From assembly GCA_040954595.2 (NCBI GenBank), contig CM082578.2, forward strand, positions 7,177,519-7,241,518: a stretch of 64,000 bases of DNA, read 5' to 3'. Made by a program: the position numbers and the translations under genes. Shown piece by piece: positions 12,023 through 25,031 of the stretch (the first letter of the stretch is position 1; the number at the start of each line of letters is the position of its first letter). Source of the DNA: Balanoglossus misakiensis (Eukaryota > Animalia > Hemichordata). The notes beneath the pieces are model-generated. The model made no database searches, was not told where the DNA came from, and saw nothing but the letters and a program-made list of their open reading frames with translations.

Positions 12023-15000
12023 ACCACCTCTCAATCGAGCAAACATTATTTCAGAAATTTGAACAAATCTTACTTTGTGACCAATGATTGCTACCCACAT
12101 TCCCCTCTTGTCTGCCATATTTCCACGAAGACTGGGATTCCTAGAATCGCGCGAGAAAGATTCTACAACGACGAAAGAGACCAAGATTTTCCAACGAAAG
12201 CATCATTGTTTTGGGTGGACGCTATAATTGCTGTTTGTTATAGTGTTTGAAAGTCGCGTCCAACTACAGCATTGCCTGTGCAAGTTAATTCTCTCATTTC
12301 TCTCTCTCCCTTTGTGATTAAATAAAACATTCTCTGTGGTAGGTAAACCCCAGTACTTTAGCTTTGTAATTGTGTTGGTAAATTGCAATTAGACAACTGC
12401 TACGCGCATGTTTTTCTATTTTTGTCCAATAATCTAGATTTAATGAGATGTTAACGAAGTTTTAGCAAAGCAATATCTTTTTATTAGGCATTAACCAAAT
12501 TAGTCGTTTCAAAAATTTAAAACTGATTTTCAATTGTCCAACGCCCGGTAGAACTTATTTGGATCTCAATGGGGGACAGCCTCGATTGCTTCTTAATATT
12601 TCCATCTTGGTGTGTAATACGATCGCAAATATCGCAAGATTTGGCCCATTTGAGTTATTGAAAGTCAGCCAGGCCTGAATATTTTATGTTGATGATACTG
12701 GACATTATTGCTTTAAGCTATAATTTATATCTTGTGGTTTGCTGCGAGGAAACTGGCGAAATTGCAATCACATTAAAACTGTGTCGTGTGATCTAAATCT
12801 GTAGACAGGACTAACGTCACGTGACAAAGTTAGGAAATGTCGCCAACTTTTGTCGAAATTTTGGATTTTGAAATTTGTTGTTTTCATGGTTGTTGTTGTT
12901 GTGATGGTGGTGTAGGTTGCTAGTTGTCGGAGTTGTGTTCTCACATGTCTTGTAAACAAAACAAAACATACTGCATCCCTTCATGACGTAAGATATTGGC
13001 GATACTAGAAATTATATCTACCAAGTGTTTGCATGCTATGCCAAAATGCAAGAGAGTTGAGCTGCAACCGTATCGATAATTCAACTTCTCTCAACAAACA
13101 CCCAACAGCCTAAATAACTCGTCGAGGGAAAAATTGTAAAATGATATCAAAACGTCGGAGAATTTGTCTCTAAAGTCTGTAAATGTTGCCGTGAGTGCAG
13201 TCTTCATATCGGTATAAAGATGAACGGACGCTGGGGGTGCCGAAAAGCAATATGGAAGATCTGTTTCTCTTGATTTCAAAGCTAGCCTCGAGAAGGGTCA
13301 CCCTGTTTATGCAAAACCGTGGGGAGGGCCGCGGGGGTTAATTTGTGCACCCGCTTTCGAAAAACAAAAAAACCCGTAGCTACAAATTGCCGCCGGTAGA
13401 TGATAATTTTATCGGGGATATGCACTGGAATTAATTGAAAATGTTAAGAGTCGTTACTTTAGTTTTCCTTATCGGAGTCTATTACTAATTAATTAAAGAG
13501 TAAAACACCTTCCAGTTTTAATGTGATTGGCATATTAATTTTTACGGCGTAAGTTGAAGTTGTCAGACTTTTCTCAAATGAGTTTGATGACACTGCAGAT
13601 TCCCATGTCTCCAAATACCATAAATACGCATGCGCCATGTTAACTGTGGATACCGGGCGGCGCGCTGTGAGTTAAAGGGACAATGTCGCTGTCTTTTTGT
13701 GTACCACTTCGTTTATTTGTGCATTTCCACGTCTGAAGACGTGAGATATCTAAGTGATTTAAGTTGTATATACACCCTATAATTGATAATGTAATGGAAG
13801 TGCACTTACACGTGTTATTCTCACACTGACCATCAGTGATTCGCCGCTGTGTAAATAGCTCAAAGGACCAAGACAAGCCCCCCCCCCCAAAAAAAAAAAA
13901 AAAAAATAGCGACGAGTCCTATGGCAGCAGGGAACTCCAAGAGCACCTGTCTGCCAGATGGACGTCTTAGGCCGATGCATTATAACCTTTGACCCGCAGG
14001 CAGTGTGTTAGGGCTTCGGTCTGTACCGACTCAAAGAGTTATTTTTATGGTAAAGTAGTTACCACCAAGACCATTGAAAATTTTGTAACCATCCTGATAA
14101 TCCATCTTTGTGGCATTGCAGATTCACGGCAAAAAAACGCACAGGGTGTTCTGGACGGTAATTTGGCAGAACCAAGTGTTTTTAATATCTCCACCGAGTA
14201 AAATAATATTAGATATTTTTTTCCGGTTCTGCAGTGTTCTGCTCCGTTAACATAGCCCATATGCGCGTGCCACAGCTATTGTTATTGTTGACAAATGAAT
14301 TCTAGCGGACTTGAAGTCAATTTTCAACACTGACAATTCTGACTAAACACATTAGTAGTACGCTGAACAATAAACATATTGCAACATGGACGGATGAGAG
14401 AGATCCATACGTTCATGATTGAACAGAAGATGTTTGGTCGTTATACGGTACATCGCTTGCTATACTGAAAAATTCGATCTGTAGTGACACTACAGCAGTT
14501 TGTACAGCTGTGAAGGCAGGCATTTCAATATATACCGTGTGTCGAGTGAGTATAGTTTGCATGTTGCATGGGTATGGGTGCAAATGTTTAAAATCTTGTA
14601 TTAAGTGTCAAAAGCAAGGGTGCCACGAAAGTCGAGAAAGGCTGGGCTCAAGGTAATACGATTATCTTCTTCAGTTCTTGTAAGCATAATCGATGATCGG
14701 GTTACACGCATTCTCAAGTTTAGGAAACGATCAGAACATACGTGGGAACGGACCAGACATGTTCAGATTGAAGAGCAAATGGTCCAATCCTTAATAATGC
14801 TCTTACGATCGAAGCGAAATTTTCGGTGAAAAGTAAACATTTAAAGTGCGAAACCTTCAATTAAGTGAACGTACACCTGTCGTGTACGGTGAAATCACCT
14901 CGGTTCGAATTACATCCCCAAACCACAGAGGTTTAATACTATAAAATCCGTCGGGTGTTGTCTCACCGGCGATTGTCCCGCTATTCTTCATTCGACGCAA

Positions 15001-15253
15001 AATGTACAATAGCTAATCAAGATTTGTAACGCGTGGGAAAATCACTTGTTTCTAGCGATCAGGCTAATGTCTGTGTGTATAGTTCTCTTTGTTCGTCTCA
15101 TAATTGCCCCACGGCCAATGAACGGCTTTTCAAAAGAGGCGCCAAAATTGTGATTAGTTCAGAGATTACTTCCGACCTAATTTTTCGGATCTGCATCCGT
15201 TTTATGAGCAAAGAGCTTCATCCCTTTGATACTGTCAAAGAGAAAGAGACGCA

Positions 15254-15346
15254 CACATACATACATACATACATACATACATACATACATACATACATAC
15301 ATACATACATACATACATACATACATACATACAGACAGACAGACAT

Positions 15347-15381
<35 letters not shown>
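15254..15381 (+). repeat. Compound tetranucleotide microsatellite (ACAT)n(ACAG)n
   Basis: Directly visible; generates the spurious HTYI/QTDR ORFs. Confidence 0.97.
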
Positions 15382-15383
<2 letters not shown>

Positions 15384-18300
15384 GACAGAAAAGAGCGCAC
15401 ACACGAGGTTTCAGTGTTATCCTGCATGTTTCTTTCGTGTGATTGGCCTATCGTGTCATTGACCCCTATAGTCAGCGACAGTCTGGTCGCGAAAGCCTCT
15501 TGTATTGAAATCAAATGAAACCCTCGAATCACTTCCAGTATAAATACAATGAAGCCGTAATCCATTTTAATTTTACTTTCACACATCGGCGGCTGGGGAT
15601 TTTGCTGTATCAATGAATCTCACGTTATTTAGCCGATAACCTTGTTCGTTTGACTCATCCTTCAAAAAAAGGAGAATGATGCCACAAAATTAGTTGGCAA
15701 GGCGATGGAGGAGAACCGTGACAATCTAAGTGTTTTTAATAAAGTGCCCAAATTAACTACTTGCTTTGGACACTTTGGCAAGGACGACATATGCACGGAT
15801 GAAACAAAGTGTCGTCCGACCTTGTACATTACAGTACACAGGTGAATGTATTATTTTATAACAAAAGAAAAACAATCATTTAATTGTGATCGTGACGAAT
15901 CTTTGAAGACAAGTCATGTGTGACGCGACGAGACAAGGGTGACTCTGGTCTTGACCGACTGGTAAATCGATGGATTATGTGCAAAACAGAATCAGATGTC
16001 TGTCGGGCAACAGTAGACCAAACGTCACAAGCAACGACAGATACTCTCTCTCCCACGTTATTTGGGTGGTCAATTTTCTCCTGATGTGCACCCATAGGAA
16101 ACCACTAGTGTGTTAATTTAATTTTTCTGCCTGTCCGCCCAGGAGCGGCACGACAAAGGCTTTCCGAGGAGCGATTCCTTCTCAACCCCGTCGGACCTGC
16201 CAAAGAAAGCGCGCACAAAAGGAGGAGATCCAGTGAACTCCTGAGAATTATGAAAAAATGGGGCGCGATTTTATCGAATTAACAACAACTGGGTCGGGTG
16301 AATATTGAATGGACATCCCACGGTGCTTTGCGGCAAGGGACCATAAAGCCCCAAGTGAAGGCTCTGTTTGTTTCTTCAAAAGTTGCACTGTCTTGTTTCT
16401 TCAAAAGTTAATACCGACAATAGGAGGATTACCAACATACATTGTCGGCGGCGCCGCATTTTGGCAAAGTCCCAGGATCACCAGGATGTAACAACATGGA
16501 GGATTTGTCAGTAATAAACCTCGCTCATCAAACATTACAAATTACCAGTTGTCCGAGTTCTATCGGTTATTTTCTGGTCGGCTAATTCCGACAGTCGTGT
16601 GGAGGATCCGTGAAAAGAAAGTTGTTCTCATTAAATAACAGGTGAACAATGGGCGCGATGAGATTTGTTGCTTAAATTCGTCAAAATCCAGTCAGTGTTT
16701 CTGTCCAAGGGGCTTGTGTCGACGTCAGTCAAGCAGAAACGCATTTTCCAAAAGGGCTTTCACGCCTCCATGGACAGCCGACAGAAATCGTCTCCAAATT
16801 GCTTGCATTATACGAATTGCAACTTTGCTCTGTGCTTGCAAACACTGCGCTTTTCGTGCTGTTCCACACAAAAAAAAACCCACGAAAATAAAGTGAACAC
16901 CTTTTATTATTAGAAGTCGGTACCTCAATCGAAACCTTTCCTTGTATCGGATTTTAGCAGGTGACAACGCCTATACGCGGGCGGCGGACAGAAAGATTTC
17001 ATTGGGACTCTTCGTGTCCCACGGGTGTTTCAGAAATCCCACGTGCATTCATGCAAACGGATCCTCTGGATAGCGGAGAGATTTGGCTTTGGAACACTCT
17101 AAAATCTTGGTTTTACTAGCAGTGGCAAAACTCGTGTGGCCAAACACAAGTATACTGGAATACCGGTGCGAGAGAGAAGGGGGGGGGGAGATTATATTTT
17201 CTTACAAACAATAGGTATACATGTACGTGATTGCGGTAAACACAGACGTGGCCTTGCTCGTGTTTGGATTACTGTACAGGACAGGGTCACGGTTGATTAC
17301 AATCGCGAGGACCTTCCGAACATTTCAAGTTCCCTCTGTACGTCTTTCTCTCTATCGTCGCTCGCGTTTTTCTTTCAATGTTTCGTCCTATTTTATCCCC
17401 TTCAACCCCAATTTGTAGGGATTCAGAGGGTTTTTTGTAGTGCCAATGTTCATGTGGCATTCACCTCCTCTGGTCTTTGCTATGTTCCCTGTGACGATCT
17501 CCTTATACGCTATGCATGCGCGCACCGCGGACAACTACTATTGTGTAATCTAGCGGAAACTTGTATTCTCTCCCCATTGTCAAGCGGGTCCATTGTGAGA
17601 CTCTGCCGCAAAGCTACAATGAAACTGATTCCGATCACAATCGGCTCCCGACCGATGCATTGATCTGTGTGCTACCTGGCCCATTGAGGCCATCTTCCCC
17701 GTCACACTGTGCCTGCCAACCGGTCTTATTGTCGGCGACGGTTTTTGTCGCATGCCGACTCTACCTTAAAAATAATTGTGCATATGCCTATCGACACGGG
17801 GGAGCCCAGTGTCTGCCTACCGGATATCGCGAAATCGAAACTTACCATCCTGTCGATTTTAATTGTATTATCTTTCAAAGTAATTTATCCCGCAATTATT
17901 CTGCAGAAATCAATGAAGAACACTGACACCATTGTAATCGTACAATATCGTGCGATTTCGATCTCCATTATATAAAAAATAACGATTTCGTCATAAAGGG
18001 ATGAATGGGATGAGTGTTATTGAGACTCGCATTTAGTGGTCATTTATCATTTTTTGCGAACGAGGATATTGCTGAAATCTGTGGAATTACATAGACCAGC
18101 TCCTAAAAACGTTGCTTGTTATAACTATTCAATGCAGATATCGGTTTAGTGGAGCAAATCACTCATCTGTGGCTGGTGTAGTTAAACTCTGCGTGTGTCT
18201 GATGCGCTTAGAGCTGTGTGCGAGTATGAATAGTCCCGCACTATCCCTTAGGGCGTGGCCCCGGGGGTGTGGCATCGCACCTAACTGAACTGATGGTGGA

Positions 18301-19204
18301 TTGAGCAGACATATAACAATATTTCCAGCAGTTCCCCCAGTGGAGTGAAAGTTTGGCGTATGATGTAACACCGCCGCCGGGGATAAGTCGTTGATTCACA
18401 TTCTCTCGGATTTGCGTTTAATCTTCCAATTTTAAGCCTCAGTATTTCTTATGGTGGCTTTTCAGTATTTCTATCCTGTGTATGCACTCCGGTTTCTTGT
18501 TCTTCTCTGGATAGTTACATCAAATGTTCAGTCTGTAGTTTCTCAACAAAGCCTGTATATAAGCCATTATTTTGTTTACAAACGATGCTGGTTTATACCA
18601 GAAAAGGTTGTTTGAAAAAAATTATAATGTGCCATTCTTTACTGTTATACAGAGTATAACAAGGACCACAGTTGAAACCCAAAACAAAAATACAGAGAAA
18701 ATATCCAAAAGATGGAATTACCGCGGCTTTTAATAACCTTGATCGTGCGCAGTTCGAGGTCGTGTACACATTGTGCCCCTTTTTAGTTCTTACTCTTGGA
18801 ATGACGTTTGGTATTAGTCCGGGAAGATAAATTTGTGATATGTAACTCATATATCATCGGTATCTGATTACAAACTAGTACACAACTCTATAAACGTGGT
18901 GTGGCAAAAGGCTAAGAATGACGCAAAATTAGCCTCGGCCTTGAGCATACCCGAGGTCTCAGTGAATTCGCCAATTTATTACACGTCTATCCTTCACACA
19001 CGACCAAGGGCGTTTGTTATCATAATGACGAAAATGTGTGAATGAACTGTGGCACCTGCGATGTTTTGTCACCCGTTTCATCTGGTCATCGTGTCACGTT
19101 CACGTGTCTTGGACACGGGGGCCCTTCTAAAAGCCCAGGGGATACCTGTGAAGATAGTTAATTTGTGAGCTGATCGACAACATCAAAGCTACATACGGTA
19201 AATG

Positions 19205-19421
19205 AGGAGGGAGTAGAAGAGAGAGGAGGGAATAGACAGGGGGTGAACATTGGGAGACAGACCAGAAAAGAAGGGAGAGAAGAGAGAGAGGGGCGAGAGA
19301 ATAGGGGATGGGGAGAGAGAGAGAAGAGGAGAGAATAGAGAGAGGAGACATAAGAAGAGAAGGGGGCCGATGAAAGCAAGAAGAGAAGAGAACAGAGAGA
19401 GGGGGAGAGAGAGCGAGAGAG
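19205..19421 (+). repeat. GA-rich low-complexity polypurine tract
   Basis: About 215 bp of mostly A/G with degenerate (GA)n. Confidence 0.85.
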
Positions 19422-21797
19422 CAAGCCGATACCATTGGAACGTGTATAACATACCGTAACGTACCACACCGTGACTTATCCCTCCGATTTATCGACAAAC
19501 ACGAACCAATTCCACAAATTAAGAGTCTTTATTTCGACATATTCATGAGCCGCGCGGGTCCCTTTTGGAGAATTTGGCGGCATATTGGGAAAAAGGCACC
19601 GCCTGTCTGTTCAAATCACCGCGCTGTTACCTGCAACGCAGGTCAGAGAAAGAAACGGTGTATCAGCATGGGACACACGCTGAGCTAGGGTTATGCACGT
19701 CGGGGCTGACATGCAGCCGACGTCTGCCAAACCCTTTGCCAACTTGATGAGATTGGTAGCTGCACCTTTTGATAACAGATGCACGGTTTCACCATCACAA
19801 AACCGCCGACGATGCCACGGCGGCTTTGTACTCTTCCGCCCAATTGTCTTTTCTGATCCCTGATCTAATACAACAATACCGATTCGTGATAGCCGTTAGC
19901 TTTTCAGGATAATTGTCGGTCAAATGTCTTGGAAAGAAGAGAAAAAAACTCGCCCCAGTTTATTTTACTACCCTGTCGCGTAATTACATCCCTGCAAAAG
20001 AAGCGTACGATGATTTTTGTAGCGATCACTCTCTAAAACATTGCATTAGAACACTGAGGGAACCTAAGAGAATGATCATCAACTGACGTTGTGATTGAAC
20101 AGTAATTGTTAAAGTCTCACTTTTCCAGATCTAAGAGCCAGACCGAAGTGTTCAAGATGTATTGTTTCCCAGTGGAAATAAAACTCATTTATACCGAGCA
20201 GCGGCGGCGCTTTGTCTCGTGTAAACTATAAAAAAGCGAGCTTCCCCCGTGCTCTGACCTGAAGTATGAATTGTGCACCGTTCCCTCACGGACACGAGAC
20301 ACATGCTTTCTTCCAGACCGAATATTTCAAACCAGCAAGCAACAATAAAAGCCCGAAGGAATGTTTCAGTGAATAAAAGGTGTGATGGCCGGCGTGTCAT
20401 GGATTCTATATGAGTGTACCGTCCCCTGTTATGATCATGACGTCTATGACCGATCGTGGCAGACTTACTAGGAGTTCAATCTGATTAGATTTTGCCAGGT
20501 TTGAGTGAGTGCCTCTAGGTAACAATCTCACACACAGTATCAATTTTCTCAAATATCGAGGTGTGCTCCTTCCGAAACCGGTGTACGCCCGTTGCATGGT
20601 GCTTACACCTAACGAGAAAGACATAGGCCTGCTGCATAAGGAAAGGGTAGTCAAGTCAGGTTATTTTATTTACTGAAAGATGAGGACCAACTTCATTTTA
20701 GAATTAAGGGAATATAGTTAGAAATATGGCTAAGGACACAAACTACTTGGACCTCATTTTGAACGTACGCTACTTTTGATCACAAAATGAATCTATGAAT
20801 ACTAGTATTTTTTTCTTCGAAAATCACACAAAGATCAACTGCAAGTAAGGGACATGTATTTGAGGTCGTCACAGTCTAACCTTATGTCAACTTTCCGATC
20901 CTGTGAGTTTAAAAATCAGTTAAGATACCTGAGCCCTTGAAATCATATAATCCGCTGACGGTCTATCCCCGAGGACCTGTCTGACATCAGAGAAAATGTC
21001 CGCTTCGTATTATCACTGCACAACTATAGTTCTACGCCTATCCACCATTTTGGATTTCGTATTTTGTTACACCCGTAACTAACTTTCGCACTTACCTAGT
21101 ACCTAGTATATTCATCCTTTCCATCTTGGTTAATGATAACAACGAACACTTTACTTATGCCTACCTAATACGTACCCACTATATGCAGCTAGAATTATTA
21201 TACGTTTGAACTTAGAGGTTCGTATTCACATCACTCGATTTCTACAGGATATGCACTGGTTTCTTGTGCGTCAATGTATCATTTGCTGTCTTGCGCTCGG
21301 TTGAGTAACGGGAAAATTGTGTTAATTTTGGTGAATAAGTCATGTGGGGAAGCGCTCGCTCAATCAATACTGCAGCCATTCGTACTCGGGTATTGACCTC
21401 CTTGTCTCATCAAGGTGGGGATTTGGCTGAGTGGAGTGTTGTGTTGACTTCCTTGCTACATGGATCGGTACGAAAGCTTCTTAGTTTAGAATCCTGTAAA
21501 ACACAAGTCGATTCAGATTTTTATAGTCGCCATTTTGAATAGTTCTGGTCGAGTTGATGAGTTGGCATGTCCAACAGTGTTGCATCTCCCCCACATTTCC
21601 TCAGAACGTTCTCAACTTCTCCACTCCCCTCTCTCTGATAACGAAGATTCCCTTATTTCGCTCAGAGGGGAAAGTCGGGAAAAGGGCGACGAACAAAAGA
21701 AGCCATATGTATTTTAAAGACCGGTTTTATGGGATTTAACTGGAAACTAAACAGGGAGCAAAGTTGGGTTGCAACCCTTAATATAACAGATCATTTA

Positions 21798-22597
21798 GGC
21801 TGCATTCACAAACACCTCTGGAGGGGGGGGCAGGAGAATTGAGGGGGGGGATTTGAAAAAATTGAGGGTATGTAAGGGGGGGGATTTGAAATAATTTAGG
21901 GACTGAAAGGGGGGGACTTGAAAACTTTGACGACTAAATATTTATTTTGAGTCCACAAAAATGCAGTTTCGCGCCCTTTATTTTACAAAATTTTCTAATG
22001 TGGGAGGGGGACACCCCCTCCCACACCCACCCCCTTCATTTATCAACACCTTTCAAACATTGACTGGTTTATCTAGTGTCCCAGGTCAGGGGACTTGCCC
22101 CCACCCCATGATAACTTTGAGCGCGCGGCGGTTAAATTTGTCCTCCCCAACATACCGGTAGTTGAGTTAATGTGCTTTTGCCAGGTTCATTAAAATGCAG
22201 CTTTGAGCTCTGTATTTTATAAAATTTTCTTACGTGGGAGGGGGACACCCCCTCCCAAACCCACCCCCTTCAATTCTTGGTTTACAATGTCTCCCAACAC
22301 AGAATACAGATACTTAAAAAATAAAAACAATGTTCAGTTTTAATACCCACTGATGAGGGAAAACATCAGTTTCAAATTCTTTTAATGGGAGCGCTGTTTT
22401 TCTTTTTTACAAGATAGATAGGTGATGTGTTTTGCTGAGTGGAAGAAAATGGGGGGGGGGGACTTGAAAATTTTAGCAGTTCGGAAGGGGGGGATTTGAA
22501 AATATTTCGGGTTGTTGAGGGGGGGCATGTGAAAATTAACGGTAAAAAAAATTGAATTCTCCCGCCCCCCCCTCCAGAGGTGTTTGTGAATGCAGCC
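21798..22597. mobile_element. Non-autonomous PIF/Harbinger-type (Tourist-like) MITE, 800 bp
   Basis: TIRs of over 30 bp, GGCTGCATTCACAAACACCTCTGGAGGGGGGGG, at both ends; TTA target duplication (21795-21797, 22598-22600); internal ~60-bp direct repeat (~21978 and ~22211); repeated GGGGG(A/G)(C/T)TTGAAA motifs. Confidence 0.9.
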
Positions 22598-24814
22598 TTA
22601 TTACCACCGTGACTTCACATGCACCGCTACTGAAAATGGATTATCAGCATTGTGATGCCTGCGGGTATTTAGCGGGAGATTGCAGAGATGATAATATCGT
22701 TATGTAGTCATTCGGATTGTCAGACACCGAACAAATGCTTTGTCAGTTTACGAATAAAAAACGTAACTCGTTGCCTGTATATTTCAATATGCAGATTTCC
22801 CAAAAGTTAATTTCGATTGAATTAGGTAAAATGATGTATATGTATATACATCAGCGAAGGAAAAGTATCTACTTGTTTTTGTTCTGCTGATTCTTATCAT
22901 TTTCACTTGCCCAGCCACCTATATCTAGATATTCAAAACATGAAGAACATAGAAAAAATATTACCACCAAAAAAGTCTGTACAGGTGCTGCTGAATATTA
23001 TGTTAGAAGAAGGATATCGATGCATACTGTGACGGGGTATTTTGTGTGATTACTGGTAAATGGGACGATATAAGAACATTGCGTACAAACTGTGTGGTGA
23101 AAAAAAAAACTATAATGGATTTTTTCCGATGTTAGTCGCACGCAGAAAAATGGCGCGTGAAGCCAAAACGTTGCTGCATCCCCCCCTTGAGAGTTGCTTG
23201 CCGTCTTCTTTCCCTTCTTGCCAACTGTGACCGTTTTTTCAAACATACTCTAGACCCCCTCCCCATGATAACAAATGGTACACTCCTTACACTGGCAGAC
23301 ATGTGGAGTATTTGCGCACGTGCCCTTTGAAGATTTAAGAGTCTCGTCTTCCTGGCAAATATATTTTCCCAGACAAAAGCGACAAAGAACTTTGTCCCAA
23401 ATTTAAAAAAAAGCGTCATCTTTAATGATAGATTTTTCAGTATCGTCACCTCAAAGCTTGTTTCTTACACCGATTGTATAGGAACAAAGAAGGTGTGCGG
23501 AAAAACAGTTCAAAACACCCCTAGGGCAAGTCTGATGCATTACACCGAGTATAATTTCTCTATATATGTCCAGAGAAATATAAAAAGACATTGGGGAATT
23601 CGGTTATTATTAAAAGCGACTGTAGTCATATTACTGTTTTTGGTCTGATTGCGTTTTACTTTCACTTGTTCAAAAGAATTGAGAAGCCCCCAATGCATAA
23701 TATGATTGAGTGTTTTTCTCCCTTTGTGTTCAGCGCTTGCTCGCGCCAATGAAATATGCATTCTGTAAGCACAGGCTTAGAACAAAAATCGCCGCAAGAC
23801 TATGTCCTATGGCAGTTTATGAAAAATTAAAATACAAATTCACTTACGAAAGAGTGTTGATTCACACAGCCCTGAAGTCTTTTGATACCGACCAACACGT
23901 TTAATATTTGAAGGTCTGGAAATCTACATTGGGGTTTGGCTGTTTGGTATTGATGCAGAAAACATTAAAAAAGTAGCACAGATATACAGCTAATGGAACT
24001 TTGTGGGGCGCAAATGAAGTGTTCAAAGATAGCGTTTGGGAATAGTCCGCCTCTTTACTGTGCCACCCCCGGGTGCCACCTCGTATACAGTTGTTCATTG
24101 TGTATCAGCTATGACAACCATACGGCACGCGTTTCGCTTCTCATCAGTTGTGTAGATATCTTCAAGATTTCCACCGACTCTTGACCCTTTCTAATTCGTG
24201 TTAGTTGGTCATAAGTAAAAATTCAACGCGATTGCCGTGTTTGAAACTAAAGGATGGATTGAATTTTATGCAGTTTATGGCTCGCGTAAGCTTTATACAA
24301 GAATAAGTTATGACTATCACTGAAGATGATGCGTTGAATCAAATACCCAACTTCAAATATTATTGTTCATGAAACGTATACAGCCACTGTACCATTCCGA
24401 TTTATCATCGAATTTGAAGCACGTCCCATTGGTAGGTATATCACAAGGCAGATCACACTCGCTCACCCCCTCCCCCCGGCTGGTATGTCTTATCCTTCTC
24501 ACGTAGTCTGATGGTGAGACCGGGGGTGAGACTGTGATGTTTTTTTTCTGCAGCTGTAGCGAGAGGCTAAGAATGTTATCCCGATTCCGTTTTCTGATAC
24601 GGACCATAAAATGTTCATCTGAGAATTAGGTCAGCGTGACAAACTAGAGTTGTAAATGAAACAGTCTAAATGTTTGATAGGCCTTGGATTCAGTGACGAT
24701 CGACCCCGTTTATTCTCCTCTCGTACACACGGGGAAATTACCGGCGCATTGCATGTGCGGTCACGCACAGCTACGGCGCATCGTATGATTGCAAGGTGTT
24801 CGTCATCCGTGCTA

Positions 24815-25031
24815 GGGGAGAACCATTTGATTTCTGGGGGAGGGGTGGTGGGGGATTTCTGAGAAAAAAATGTTGGTAGACATCGAGGAGGAACATACTG
24901 TAATTCTTCTACAATGCTTTGAGAGAAAAACTGGGACTGGCGATTGAAAAAGAAATTCAGTAACAGTTGCTGAAAAAAATGCTGAAATATTCGCTCCTCC
25001 ACCCCACCACATAAATCAAATGGTTCTGCCC
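24815..25031. mobile_element. Short Harbinger-like MITE, ~217 bp
   Basis: Imperfect TIRs GGG(G/C)AGAACCATTTGATTT; flanks CTA and TAA (imperfect TSD). A related lone terminus (CCCCTCCCCATGATAACAAATGGTACACTCC-TTA) sits at ~23255-23289. Confidence 0.7.

Noticed and set aside
15033-15613. Long ORFs with HTYI/QTDR/CMYV repeats
   Set aside because: Artefacts of the (ACAT)n(ACAG)n microsatellite.
17136-17975. Overlapping 65-175 aa ORFs
   Set aside because: No recognisable domain on either strand and no convincing exon structure.
19127-19498. Ser/Leu- or Arg/Glu-rich ORFs
   Set aside because: Artefacts of the GA-rich low-complexity tract.
20700-21100. Possible decayed DNA-transposon fragments (also ~6380-6540, ~11230-11600, ~12400-12700, ~54880-55060)
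   Set aside because: No matching termini or second copy identifiable within the window.
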